A DNA stretch of 64,000 nt from Bdellovibrionales bacterium (GTDB taxonomy: Bacteria > Bdellovibrionota > Bdellovibrionia > Bdellovibrionales > UBA1609). Made by a program: the position numbers and the translations under genes. The stretch covers positions 12,645-76,644 of the forward strand of contig DAHVQG010000014.1 in NCBI GenBank assembly GCA_027317865.1. The letters run 5' to 3'. How positions within the stretch are numbered: position 1 is the first letter of the stretch; each line of letters opens with the position of its first letter. The notes below the pieces were generated by a model, which saw only the letters and a program-made list of their open reading frames with translations, ran no database searches and had not been told where the DNA came from. Below are positions 54,320-63,925 of the stretch, piece after piece.

Positions 54320-55066
54320 ATGACGAACATCGTTGAAAAATGGGCAACTGTGAAAACCGGTACCGGGCCGATGTCCGTTTTTATCGCCGAACCGGCGGCA
54401 AAAAAAGGCGCAACTGAAAAGCATAAAACTATTATTGTTTATCAAGAAGCGTTTGGCGTCACCTCGCACATTCGAAGCGTCTGTACGCGATTTGCCGAAC
54501 AAGGCTACGTCGCGGCTGCGCCCGAATTATTCCATCGTATAGGCGACCACCATGAAGTCAGTTACAGCGATTTTACCAAAGTAATGCCCATTCTTTCGGG
54601 GCTCACCAATGCCCAATTCATCGACGATGCAACGGCCACATACGAGTATCTGGTCGAACAACCGTCGGTCGACCGTTCTCGTGTCGCGGCAATCGGCTAC
54701 TGCATGGGCGGCTTTGTGGCCGCGCTAAGCGCGTGCCATTTGTCACTTAAAGCAGCCGTTTCGTACTATGGCGGCGGTATGGCACGCGTACGCCCCAATA
54801 TCGGTTTTACTCCGATTTTGGAGGATTTTAAAAATTTGCGTTGCCCACTACTTTTGGTTTACGGCGAGAAAGACCAAAGCATACCGAAAGAGGATCGCGA
54901 TGCCGTGGCGGCGCAGTTGAAAGCGCTAAATAAAAAATTTGATGCCTGGGTTTACCCTGAAGCGGGTCACGCATTCTTTTGCGACGAGCGGCCGGCTTAC
55001 CACGAGCCTTCAGCCAAAGACGTTTGGCCGAAAACTCTCGCGTGGCTTGCCGAACAACTTAAGTAA
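54320..55066 (+). CDS. Dienelactone hydrolase family protein
   Basis: QEAFGV, GYCMGG nucleophile motif, GEKD, AGHAF. Confidence 0.93.
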   Translation: MTNIVEKWATVKTGTGPMSVFIAEPAAKKGATEKHKTIIVYQEAFGVTSHIRSVCTRFAEQGYVAAAPELFHRIGDHHEVSYSDFTKVMPILSGLTNAQFIDDATATYEYLVEQPSVDRSRVAAIGYCMGGFVAALSACHLSLKAAVSYYGGGMARVRPNIGFTPILEDFKNLRCPLLLVYGEKDQSIPKEDRDAVAAQLKALNKKFDAWVYPEAGHAFFCDERPAYHEPSAKDVWPKTLAWLAEQLK

Positions 55067-55071
55067 TATCT

Positions 55072-55713
55072 CTAGTCGATCACTTGAATTACTTGTGATT
55101 TGTCAAAACGGACTTTTTTTGCCGAGGCGAGCTGATCTTTGTTCGAACGATAACCGAGGCCGACCATTGCCACAGATCCCCAACCCGTGCCTTCGAGCTT
55201 GAGAATTTTATCGAAGGCGGCAGCATCAAGGCCCTCCATCGGGCAGGCATCGATATGTAAAAGCGCGGCTGTCTCAAGCAAAAACCCGACGGCAATATAA
55301 GCTTGCCGCTGAGTCCAATGTTGAATTTTACTCGCGCGAGGGCCTTTCACCACATCGCCCACCATTGAGTTTCTGAAACCGTCTAAACTTGATTTATCTA
55401 TACCCCGTACTGTTGCGATTTTTTGCACGTACGAATCAACGAATGCCTCGTCGATCTTATCTTTGGTTGTGACGACGACAAAGTGAGAAGCGTCCGTGAC
55501 CTGAGGTTGATTCCACGCGACAGCGCGAAGTTTCTTTCGTATTTCAGGATTTTGCACAACAATGAACCGCCACGGCTGTAAGCCGTATGAAGATGGCGCC
55601 AAACGAAGCGCTTCTTCGAGGGTACTCCAATCTTTTTGCGAAATTTTTTTATTTGGATCAAAAATTTTAGTGGCGTATCGCCAGTTCAGCGCTTCGATAA
55701 TTTTTTCGTTCAT
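55072..55713 (-). CDS. Nitroreductase family NAD(P)H-dependent oxidoreductase
   Basis: WRYATKIFD, APSSYGLQPW, DACPMEG, LGYR, KVR. Confidence 0.93.
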   Translation of the reverse strand: MNEKIIEALNWRYATKIFDPNKKISQKDWSTLEEALRLAPSSYGLQPWRFIVVQNPEIRKKLRAVAWNQPQVTDASHFVVVTTKDKIDEAFVDSYVQKIATVRGIDKSSLDGFRNSMVGDVVKGPRASKIQHWTQRQAYIAVGFLLETAALLHIDACPMEGLDAAAFDKILKLEGTGWGSVAMVGLGYRSNKDQLASAKKVRFDKSQVIQVID

Positions 55714-55797
55714 GATGATTCAGCCTCCCGTTGTTCAACTAATATGCCCACGAATACATGCGATTTGCCAGTCCCGACAACAAGCGCTAACTGCCCG

Positions 55798-56808
55798 CTA
55801 GTTGCGTGGGTACCAGTTGTATGAACTTAAAAATGTTTGAGTTTGCGCGCTTAAGTATGAATTCAGATCCACAGACGGCGTACCCGCTTGAACGGGAAGG
55901 CTCGATCCGGTGATGTTGCCGATTTGCACCGAGTTTGAGAGAACGCGCACATTCACTCCAACCGGAGTGGGTAGTGATGATGGGACAACTTGCGCACCCA
56001 ATGCGATCGGATCATCCGTATTCCGCGCCGTAATTTGTAGAACCGCAGAATTCGGATCAACTTGAACCACGGTAGCCAGGGCGACCGGTAAAAGGGTGGT
56101 ACGTTTTGCGGTAATTAAGTTGCTTTCGCACGGGGCGCCTTGCCACAAATACTGAACGTTATAAAACGCAAACTGATCGTTTAAGTGAATTCCCGCAATA
56201 CTGCCGTCGGGGATCACATACTGTCCCGCATTGTTATCGGCCCAAACCACGTGCGTGCTCCACGCGGCGCTACTGGCGGAGTTGTTCGCGTTGAAATTCG
56301 AACGCAAATTCGAAAGACCGTTTTTGATCGTATTGCCGGTGAGTGTGCTTAAAGGCGTTTGATAAAAATAACTTGCATTTACACCGATCTGCCAAATACC
56401 GAGATTGAAACTAAAACTGTTACTGCTCATGCTCGCCGTACCCGTGGAATTGGCAGCCACGTTTTCAGGCGCAAGCGTCGGGTGCAATGTAAACACCATG
56501 GTCATTTGGCCGCTTTTCGTCTGAATGTTCAGGCCAAACGCATTGATCAAGCCGCTCAAAAGGTTAAAGCCAAAATCGACGTTGGTCTGGGAGACGATCT
56601 CAAAATCCTGCAGTTGTTCGTCTAATGTGTAGTCGGAATTACTTAGAACACACGCCGGGGCTGCTGGAGTGTTGGTCTGTTGCGTGGGATTTTGCCCGCC
56701 ATTGACTTGCGCTGCCGCCGAAAAGGCCGACGAGAATTTAACGCCGCCACAACCGGTCAGGGCGGCCAACATAACGATCGCAAAAAGCCCATGAACTTTG
56801 GTTTTCAT
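55798..56808 (-). CDS. Lipoprotein with CsgG/FlgT-like elements
   Basis: Lipobox LTGC; amphipathic beta-hairpins; YQTPL helix; W...V...I..G..AGI...D.F..Y...VVQV FlgT-C-like domain. Confidence 0.6.
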   Translation of the reverse strand: MKTKVHGLFAIVMLAALTGCGGVKFSSAFSAAAQVNGGQNPTQQTNTPAAPACVLSNSDYTLDEQLQDFEIVSQTNVDFGFNLLSGLINAFGLNIQTKSGQMTMVFTLHPTLAPENVAANSTGTASMSSNSFSFNLGIWQIGVNASYFYQTPLSTLTGNTIKNGLSNLRSNFNANNSASSAAWSTHVVWADNNAGQYVIPDGSIAGIHLNDQFAFYNVQYLWQGAPCESNLITAKRTTLLPVALATVVQVDPNSAVLQITARNTDDPIALGAQVVPSSLPTPVGVNVRVLSNSVQIGNITGSSLPVQAGTPSVDLNSYLSAQTQTFLSSYNWYPRN

Positions 56809-56977
56809 GTATCCCCCCACACTGAGGGGTTGACCTTCAACCCCCTAGCTGAAAGGCGGTTCGGACCTTTGACTATAAAACTTTAGCCTAAAAACTTTCG
56901 TCGCGTTCTTTTGAGTGGTGACGTGATGCGTGTCAAAATGTTCGACTTTTTAGAGAAGATCGCGCCGTATCTTTGTC

Positions 56978-57979
56978 TCAAATCTTAACTAAAATTCTGC
57001 CGTGCGTTTGTCTAGAAAGCATCTCTTTTGCAACATTGACCACTTGGTCGAGTGCGATTTCACGCGCGACAAAAGTTTCGAGAGCGGACATTTCGCGTTT
57101 GTCATTAGCCACTTCGCCGGCGATTTTTTGCCACAAATTGAGACGAAGATCATAGGGGCAATTATTGGATGAAATTCCAAGAAGACTCACCCCGCGAAGA
57201 ATCATCGGCATAACAGTCGTTTGAAGCTCGGGGCCCTCGGCAAGACCAATGCTTGCCACACTCCCCCAGAGTTGCGTTCGCGCTATGAGCGCCGCTAAAG
57301 TCTTACCGCCGAGATTGTCAACCGCGCCGCCATACTGTACCGACTCAAGCGCTCGTGGCGCGACATTCGCGTCCGGCAAAAACTCTTGCGGTAGAACAAT
57401 TTTTTTCACGCCTAATTTCATTAAACGCTCGCGCATTTCAAATTTGCCGGTCAACGCATGTACTTCAAAACCCGCACGCACAAACGCGCGAACCGCAAAT
57501 TGGCCCACCCCACCTGATGCCCCCGTCACTAAAATTGGGCCCATATCCGGCTTTTGACCGTTTTGCAGCATTCGCGCGAGCGCAAGCTCAGCGGTAAAAC
57601 CGGCAGTACCGAAGATCATCGCCTGACGTGCGGTAAGCGTCGCGCACGATACAACATTTTGGTCCGATTCAATCACAAATTCGGCATATCCGCCGTCGTG
57701 AGTTTCACCTAGCCCGCAGCCCGTTATCAAAACGATGTCGCCCACATTGAATTTTGGCGACCGAGTTTCGACCACTTCACCAGCGGCGTCGATTCCGCCA
57801 ACAATCGGGAATTTTTTAAAAATGCTGCCGACACCGGTTACACCCAGTGCATCCTTGAAATTGAGACCTGAATAATCAACTTTAATTTTAACTTCGCCAT
57901 TTCGAAGCTCCGGCATCGGGATGTCTTGAAGGAGGGTCTCAACGCGCTCATTTTTTCTTTGCGAATACAATGCTTTCAT
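56978..57979 (-). CDS. YhdH/AcuI family NADPH quinone/acryloyl-CoA reductase
   Basis: YSGLNFKDAL, GIDAAG, GTAGFTA, VTGASGGVG, TVMP.ILRGV.LLGI. Confidence 0.92.
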   Translation of the reverse strand: MKALYSQRKNERVETLLQDIPMPELRNGEVKIKVDYSGLNFKDALGVTGVGSIFKKFPIVGGIDAAGEVVETRSPKFNVGDIVLITGCGLGETHDGGYAEFVIESDQNVVSCATLTARQAMIFGTAGFTAELALARMLQNGQKPDMGPILVTGASGGVGQFAVRAFVRAGFEVHALTGKFEMRERLMKLGVKKIVLPQEFLPDANVAPRALESVQYGGAVDNLGGKTLAALIARTQLWGSVASIGLAEGPELQTTVMPMILRGVSLLGISSNNCPYDLRLNLWQKIAGEVANDKREMSALETFVAREIALDQVVNVAKEMLSRQTHGRILVKI

Positions 57980-58100
57980 ATTTTTTATAATAAAACCCGG
58001 ATGGGCTTTGTGTCTCGGTTTTTTAATTGTCATCGAGATTCGTTTACATTTTCGACCGGTCATTGACGGTCAAGTGACGCAAGCTCACGATACCACTGCT

Positions 58101-58574
58101 ATGAAAACACTCAATTTTGGGAGTTTACGGGAGCCCCCTCTAACGTTGACTACGTCATTCATAGTGACGCTGGTTATGATCATCGCGTTTTCAATATCTT
58201 CAATTGCGAATGCGACCGCAACCCCAATGCCGGGCCATGATCATATTGTAGTTATATCGTACGCGCCGGGCGACAATGAATTGTACGTGCGCAGTATTGA
58301 CGGCCATAGTACCGATTTGAGGTTGCCCGTTTATAAAGCGCTGCGAGCAGATACGACAGCCGCGAACTTCACCCCCAACTATGAAGTTTTAAACCCATTT
58401 ATTCACACTGCCTCCTACTATGCCGCATTTGTTTTGCTCACCTCAACCGCTGTGTATTTTAAAAATGCCGAATTACTAACTGTGACCAGTTTAGTCGGTC
58501 TGCCTTTACTCGTTGTTATTGCGGTTCGCGATCTTTCTAAAGTTTTGCGCGTCACTAGAGGAGAAGCTCGGTGA
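58101..58574 (+). CDS. Hypothetical membrane protein
   Basis: Signal-like N-terminus and two C-terminal hydrophobic segments; GTGA overlap with the next gene. Confidence 0.55.
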   Translation: MKTLNFGSLREPPLTLTTSFIVTLVMIIAFSISSIANATATPMPGHDHIVVISYAPGDNELYVRSIDGHSTDLRLPVYKALRADTTAANFTPNYEVLNPFIHTASYYAAFVLLTSTAVYFKNAELLTVTSLVGLPLLVVIAVRDLSKVLRVTRGEAR

Positions 58575-59545
58575 AACGCATGTTTTGCTTCTTTGTGATT
58601 TTTGTTTGGAGCCTCCGCACTCTTGGCATTACATTTCATACGCCCACGTCGCACAATCCTAAAAACCCATTGCCCACCTGGCAAATCACACGGGGTAACT
58701 TAACGTCGTTTATCATCGGAACACCGCCGATTAACCCGAATATAAGAAAGTTATCGAGTTATTATTTAAACCTGATTCGATCGCGTCCTAATTTTTTAAC
58801 TGAAATTGGCGGCACTCGCGCCGCGGCTGAACCAATTAAAAATTATTTGCTTGAAAATATTCACGAAGGGGCCGGCCAAGGCTTAGTGGCATATCTCGAC
58901 GGCGATCAAATAAGTTATATTAAACAAACCATGCGGCGCCTTTCTCTGACCAATACGCCGAAATGGAAGCAAATTTTTATACCTGGATACGCCGGTATCG
59001 TAGGCGAAAGCGCCGCTCAGATTTCGCCATTTTTGCCCCCGGTTTTTCTTGCGTCCGCCATGATTTCTGCGGCAACCGGCATCGGTCTTGGCTCGGGCCC
59101 CACCGTCGACGAACTGCTTCTCAAAGCGGCGCGCAGCGAACAACGAAAAATTATTTTGCTTCGGCGCACACTCGACACCGAAGTGCTTTTGCATGCGGTC
59201 GGCCCAGAACAACTTAAAAGCGTTCTCGACTACATTCAGACCCAACATGAGCGCAATGAGCCTGTGGCATTTGGGCCGGCAATGCAGAAAATGTTGGAGT
59301 CGATCAATTCCGAAGATGCGGCAAAACTTATTCAACACAGTTTGAGTGACACAGCCCACAACGTTGAAATCATTTCGGCCGCGCATGAAAATGGCGGTGC
59401 CGTCATCGTAGCGAATCTTTTGGAGCTTCTTAGCGAACCTGGCCACAATTTATTCGCTGGCCTCGAACGCGAAGGTTTTACAGTCACGCTCCTCAATAAT
59501 AGTTACAAAGTTGAACCAGAAAACTGCACGAAATTGTTAAGGTAA
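58571..59545 (+). CDS. Secreted TraB/GumN-like protein (divergent)
   Basis: WQIT....SFIIGT; VDELL...A; L....L.REGFTV; C-terminal C..LL. Confidence 0.55.
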   Translation: MKRMFCFFVIFVWSLRTLGITFHTPTSHNPKNPLPTWQITRGNLTSFIIGTPPINPNIRKLSSYYLNLIRSRPNFLTEIGGTRAAAEPIKNYLLENIHEGAGQGLVAYLDGDQISYIKQTMRRLSLTNTPKWKQIFIPGYAGIVGESAAQISPFLPPVFLASAMISAATGIGLGSGPTVDELLLKAARSEQRKIILLRRTLDTEVLLHAVGPEQLKSVLDYIQTQHERNEPVAFGPAMQKMLESINSEDAAKLIQHSLSDTAHNVEIISAAHENGGAVIVANLLELLSEPGHNLFAGLEREGFTVTLLNNSYKVEPENCTKLLR

Positions 59546-59606
59546 ATAACTGGCAATTGTTAAACTGATCTGCTAAGACCTCGTTCAGGTACATGGGGGG
59601 ACGGGG

Positions 59607-60539
59607 ATTAAACTTAGAGGGTGGGAACTCACATTAGTTTTAACGCTGACTCTGGGCGCGCTCTGGCCGCAGGCGGCTCAAGCTTATCACCTCGGCGATC
59701 ACAAGCGCATCGCTCTGCAAGCGGTATCTGAAATCAACCACTGTTACCCCGGGCTCATAAGCGAATTTCACTCCTTTGTACTTTGGACTTCAGATCTTGA
59801 CGAAGACATCGATATTCTCCGCAAAGATTTTGTCTACTCACACTATTTTAATCCTTACAAGCATTTGAATATGTGGCGCTATGACTCGTCGGTACGCGTA
59901 TCACGCCTAGAGAAAGCTCTTTTAGAAGACGCTGCCGGCGGTGATAACGGCGGTTTTTTAGTTTACGCGCATCTCGGTCACGCCATTCATCAACTGCAAG
60001 ATATGACCGTACCCGCGCACGTCGTGCCGGTCGCGCACTGGCTCAACGACGGGTTTGAAAAATTTCCGTTTAAAGGCGACATCTCGTCCGGTCTCTCGTG
60101 CAATCAACTCAAGCAATTGCCAAGTGCAGCCAATGCCGCTCCAGATTTAAACACACTTCTTGTTCGAACGGCAAAGCAGACGCTCGCCAGCGTCGCGGCG
60201 ATACGGCTTAAAGTACTTCGCAATAACAAACCGGAATGGATTTCAGGCGCCGCATTTTGGCAGGAATCTTCAAACAACGACTTCGGTCATTACGGTGTTC
60301 TCGGTAACAATTACGGCCGGTCGTCTTTTGTCGTAAACGGCGTCCATTATGTGATCCCTAACGCTCAAAAGTTTTATGCGAAGTTTAAACAACAGCAAAT
60401 GAAGCTTGCCACACGCGTTTCGGTTCAAGCGCTCTATTGGTTTCTTGTTCTTCACGGCAAGGGCCAGATAAAAACACCTCCACATCAGCGCTTGGCTCTT
60501 CAACCACGCGATTCTTCGACGAAAATTCGCGCAAATTAA
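59607..60539 (+). CDS. Zinc-dependent phospholipase C/S1-P1 nuclease-like secreted hydrolase; start probably ATT
   Basis: Frame stays open 86 codons upstream of the tracked TTG, giving a signal peptide ...AAQA then YHLGDH, DLDED, SHYF; later LGHAIHQLQDMTVPAH and DGFE. Confidence 0.75.
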   Translation: MKLRGWELTLVLTLTLGALWPQAAQAYHLGDHKRIALQAVSEINHCYPGLISEFHSFVLWTSDLDEDIDILRKDFVYSHYFNPYKHLNMWRYDSSVRVSRLEKALLEDAAGGDNGGFLVYAHLGHAIHQLQDMTVPAHVVPVAHWLNDGFEKFPFKGDISSGLSCNQLKQLPSAANAAPDLNTLLVRTAKQTLASVAAIRLKVLRNNKPEWISGAAFWQESSNNDFGHYGVLGNNYGRSSFVVNGVHYVIPNAQKFYAKFKQQQMKLATRVSVQALYWFLVLHGKGQIKTPPHQRLALQPRDSSTKIRAN

Positions 60540-60639
60540 AGATATTGACATATTATAAAATTATAATATGATATTTTAAGGTGGCAGCGATGGAACTCGT
60601 GCAACTCCAGATGGGCATATATAAGCCGAAAGGATCGCT

Positions 60640-61083
60640 ATGAAAATCAATATGACTTGGCAAGGCGCCATGAAATTCTCTGCAACGGCCGACAATAACG
60701 CCGTAACACTCGACGCAAAATCGCCAATCGGCCAGGGTTCGGCAATGACCCCGAAAGAATTGGTTGCAACCGGACTCGGTGGCTGTACGGCCATGGATGT
60801 CGCGGCACTCTTTAAAAAGCATAAGCAGAACCCCTCTACATTTACCGTCGATGTCGATCTTGACGTTTCAAAGGGCACTTATCCAACCGTATTTACGAAA
60901 GCTATGATTACGTTTTCGGCGACGGGTGAAGTTTCGAAAGATGTATTTGTAGACGCCGTGACCGCCTCGCAGACAAAATACTGTGGGGTGAGCGCGATGC
61001 TGTGCAAAGCTTTTCCGATTCACTATCAAGTTATACTCAACAACGAAAAAATTGCCGAGGGGCAGTCGCATTTTGGAGATTAA
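60640..61083 (+). CDS. OsmC family protein
   Basis: PKELV..GLGGCTAMDV; S..KYCGVS. Confidence 0.92.
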   Translation: MKINMTWQGAMKFSATADNNAVTLDAKSPIGQGSAMTPKELVATGLGGCTAMDVAALFKKHKQNPSTFTVDVDLDVSKGTYPTVFTKAMITFSATGEVSKDVFVDAVTASQTKYCGVSAMLCKAFPIHYQVILNNEKIAEGQSHFGD

Positions 61084-61085
61084 AC

Positions 61086-61475
61086 GTGAATACATTATCC
61101 TTTAAACGAGAAGTTCAAGGTAAATTCGAAGAAATTGTCGAGCGCGTGGCCGAGGTCATCAAACCCGCAGGGTTTGGAATTTTATCGCGCATCGATTTTG
61201 ATCAAAAAATGAAAGAAAAGTTGGGCGAAATTGTGCCCCGAACAGTGGTGCTTGGCGCGTGCAATCCGCGTGTGGCCTTCGAGGCCTATAAGAAAACGAC
61301 AGATGTCACTTTACTCATCCCCTGCAATATCGTAGTTCGCGAAACTGGTAACGGAAAAATCGTGGTCGAAGCCATCAGGCCGAGTGCCATGCTCCAAGTG
61401 CTCCCGCAAGTTGAGTTCGACGATTCTCTTAAGCAGATCGAAAAAAGTTTAGAGATGGCGATTAATAGTTTGTAA
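61086..61475 (+). CDS. DUF302 family protein
   Basis: GFGIL..ID, LGACNP..A, LLIPCNIVV. Confidence 0.9.
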   Translation: MNTLSFKREVQGKFEEIVERVAEVIKPAGFGILSRIDFDQKMKEKLGEIVPRTVVLGACNPRVAFEAYKKTTDVTLLIPCNIVVRETGNGKIVVEAIRPSAMLQVLPQVEFDDSLKQIEKSLEMAINSL

Positions 61476-61575
61476 AATTTCGACTGCTGAGCGCTACTTG
61501 AATTTACCGATTTGTTCGTTGGCCAATTGCAAAAAATTTGCTATAGCCCCAGCTATCACAGGGGGGGGTGTGCGC

Positions 61576-62082
61576 GTGAAGTCAATTATTGCAGCACTAT
61601 TATTTGGCCTATTGTTCAGCTTTGTGGCGAAGGGTCTTACAATCGATCAGATCAACTCAATTAATTGCACGGATGCTGCAAAAACCGCAAACACGAATAT
61701 TTATTTTACAACAACCGATGCAAGAGCACGCTATTATCTGCGCTGGGTGGGTACGATCCCGTATGACTACGGCAATTTAATCGCTAAAAATAAAAAATCA
61801 CGTTCTGGCCAATTTATGGAAGACAACGATCCCGGCAATCCGCCTGGAGCAATTGAGTTGAGCGATGATTGGGATTCAACCCATCCGAGTTCCCTTATTT
61901 TGATTCCAACAAAAGCGCCAACCGTTTACCGCGGCGTTTTGAGCGGTGAAATAAATGTGAACAACAAATGGGTTTCTATTTTTGCGCATCCGATGACGTG
62001 CCGATTGACCTTGATTTCACACGCTATGCTTTATTGGCTCGCAGCCGGTACACCGCCTAAAGCTCGTCCAGAAAGTCGCTAA
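61576..62082 (+). CDS. Hypothetical secreted protein
   Basis: Poly-G SD, GTG start, signal peptide, one Cys near each end. Confidence 0.6.
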   Translation: MKSIIAALLFGLLFSFVAKGLTIDQINSINCTDAAKTANTNIYFTTTDARARYYLRWVGTIPYDYGNLIAKNKKSRSGQFMEDNDPGNPPGAIELSDDWDSTHPSSLILIPTKAPTVYRGVLSGEINVNNKWVSIFAHPMTCRLTLISHAMLYWLAAGTPPKARPESR

Positions 62083-62233
62083 AGGGCCACCAGCTAACTG
62101 TTGGAGCGTATTGGCCGCCGCCAAGAGCCGACAGGTCACACAAAGTCGTTGAATTTTTTCAAGTTTTTTGGTTCTTTAGTTTGTTTTACATGTGTTTCAA
62201 TTGTACATCTTCGCGTTCTTCGCATTTTTCAGC

Positions 62234-62309
<76 letters not shown>

Positions 62310-62368
62310 TCCCCTTTTTTTCAAATCATTTTTGATTTCACGAAGTTGGCTCTGACCTACGCACAACT

Positions 62369-62420
62369 CTGTGGCAAAAAATTATAAGCCAATTTAAGTT
62401 TTGCCACACTTTTGCCACAG
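62369..62420. repeat. TTTTGCCACA(C/G) integrase arm-type repeats
   Basis: Direct copies at 62399 and 62410; inverted copy CTGTGGCAAAA at 62369. Confidence 0.72.
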
Positions 62421-62451
62421 ATTCGGCTCAATTCCACTCACACCCAACTGT

Positions 62452-63636
62452 TTATGCTCCATCGATCACACGAAGATGTCGCAAATTCTTCGGATCAGTT
62501 GGGTTCGAATCGTTCACCGATTCTTGTGGATACAGCGAGTAAATCATCGAGGCCTTTGCGATGTTTCGCCCGAGCACGTGCACGTACCGTTGCGTGGTTT
62601 CAAGATCCTTATGCCCAAGAATTTCTTGCACCGTTCGTATGCCAACGTTTGCGTCAAGCATGAGTGTCGCAGCCGTATGTCTGAGCCCGTGAAACTTGAT
62701 TCGCGTTTCGCACTCAGCAACATCGCGCTCAAAGTACCGATGCGCAAAATTGTTGTGATCGATCGGAGTATTTCGCACCGACGAAAAAATCACTTCGTCA
62801 GGCTTAATCTCGTGGCGCTGAATGAAATCAAGTAGTGCGGAAGCAAGAGCTGGCTGAAGTGGCACGTTTCGCGTTTCTTTGCCCTTCAGAGTGCGAAAGC
62901 GCTTCACGCGAAGGTCAAACTGCTCTGAGATCACCATTCGCTGCTCAGACGGTTTTAAACACTTTGGCTTAAGTCCCCAAATCTCACCTGCTCTAAGGCC
63001 CGTGTTGAGGGCCGTCAGATAAACGAGATAGGCAAACTCGTCTTTTGATCCGTGCGGATATTTCTCGCGCATCCTTGCAAGAAAGGCCTTGGCTTGATCG
63101 ACATCCCAATAATTGAGCTCTGGTTTTCTTGGTCGCGCCAATTTCACCCGAGCGATGGGATTATATTTAATCCGCTCATTCTCAACTGAGAAATTGAGCA
63201 CACTTTTAATCCACACGATCTTTTTTAAGATCGTCGCCTCTGAATTGCCTTTGGCTTTGAACTTCGCCTCAAGCTCACGAACATGCTGCGGTCGAATGTC
63301 TTCAATTCGCTTGTTCGCAAAACTTTGACCGAACTCCTGCCAAAACTTTTGCACGTTGATTGCGTAAGACGGCGACAAGCACGGCAGTTTGCATTTTGCC
63401 CAAAACTCGTACTCTTCACCAAAGGTCGACTCGTTTGTCGGAGCGTTTTGCTTCAATTCAAGTTTGGCTTGCCTTGAACGAAACATCTCGCCGTCAATAA
63501 ACGTTTGCGCTTCTGATCTTGTATTAAAGCGCCGGCGCCACTCAAGACGGTCATCGCCTGAGCCATCCCACGCGCGAACTTCGTATCGCTCGTTAGATTT
63601 CACGCTGGATTTTATTTTTCGTATTCTAAAGTTCAT
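62452..63636 (-). CDS. Tyrosine recombinase/phage integrase
   Basis: N-terminal arm-binding region (RRFNTRSEA), TGLRAGE, FHGLRHT, LGH....TT.RY. Confidence 0.95.
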   Translation of the reverse strand: MNFRIRKIKSSVKSNERYEVRAWDGSGDDRLEWRRRFNTRSEAQTFIDGEMFRSRQAKLELKQNAPTNESTFGEEYEFWAKCKLPCLSPSYAINVQKFWQEFGQSFANKRIEDIRPQHVRELEAKFKAKGNSEATILKKIVWIKSVLNFSVENERIKYNPIARVKLARPRKPELNYWDVDQAKAFLARMREKYPHGSKDEFAYLVYLTALNTGLRAGEIWGLKPKCLKPSEQRMVISEQFDLRVKRFRTLKGKETRNVPLQPALASALLDFIQRHEIKPDEVIFSSVRNTPIDHNNFAHRYFERDVAECETRIKFHGLRHTAATLMLDANVGIRTVQEILGHKDLETTQRYVHVLGRNIAKASMIYSLYPQESVNDSNPTDPKNLRHLRVIDGA

Positions 63637-63925
63637 GGGTCACTCCCGTATTTGTAGAGAGCACCCACGTTCTGAGAATATCGCGCCTAATAAGAAGCTT
63701 ACGGCCAAGTTTCACAAACAGGCCATCGGGTACATGATACCGTCTGGGTCTAGCGTGCCACTGGTACACAGTCGCGCGCGTCGTGTGAACTGCCGCCGCT
63801 GTCATATCAGGCGTTAATAATTCCGATAAATTTTCAAAGAGCAGACTGACAGGATTTGAGTTTATAGCTGAGATAGCAGAAGTTCCAAGCATTGCTGCTT
63901 CGTTCTTCGCTCTCATATTTTTCAT
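63626..63925 (-). CDS. Excisionase-like HTH DNA-binding protein
   Basis: LLTP...A.......TVYQW...FVKLGRKLLIRR..L..W; overlaps the integrase start; true start uncertain. Confidence 0.75.
   Translation of the reverse strand: MKNMRAKNEAAMLGTSAISAINSNPVSLLFENLSELLTPDMTAAAVHTTRATVYQWHARPRRYHVPDGLFVKLGRKLLIRRDILRTWVLSTNTGVTHEL

Noticed and set aside
56850-56930. c-di-GMP-I riboswitch upstream of the CsgG-like gene
   Set aside because: Contains GAAA but lacks the GG(C/T)AAA and GACGCAAAG core and the paired stems
58883-59446. 187-aa minus-strand ORF and the many other nested or antisense ORFs in the track
   Set aside because: They lie within better-supported genes and lack SD sequences or protein motifs
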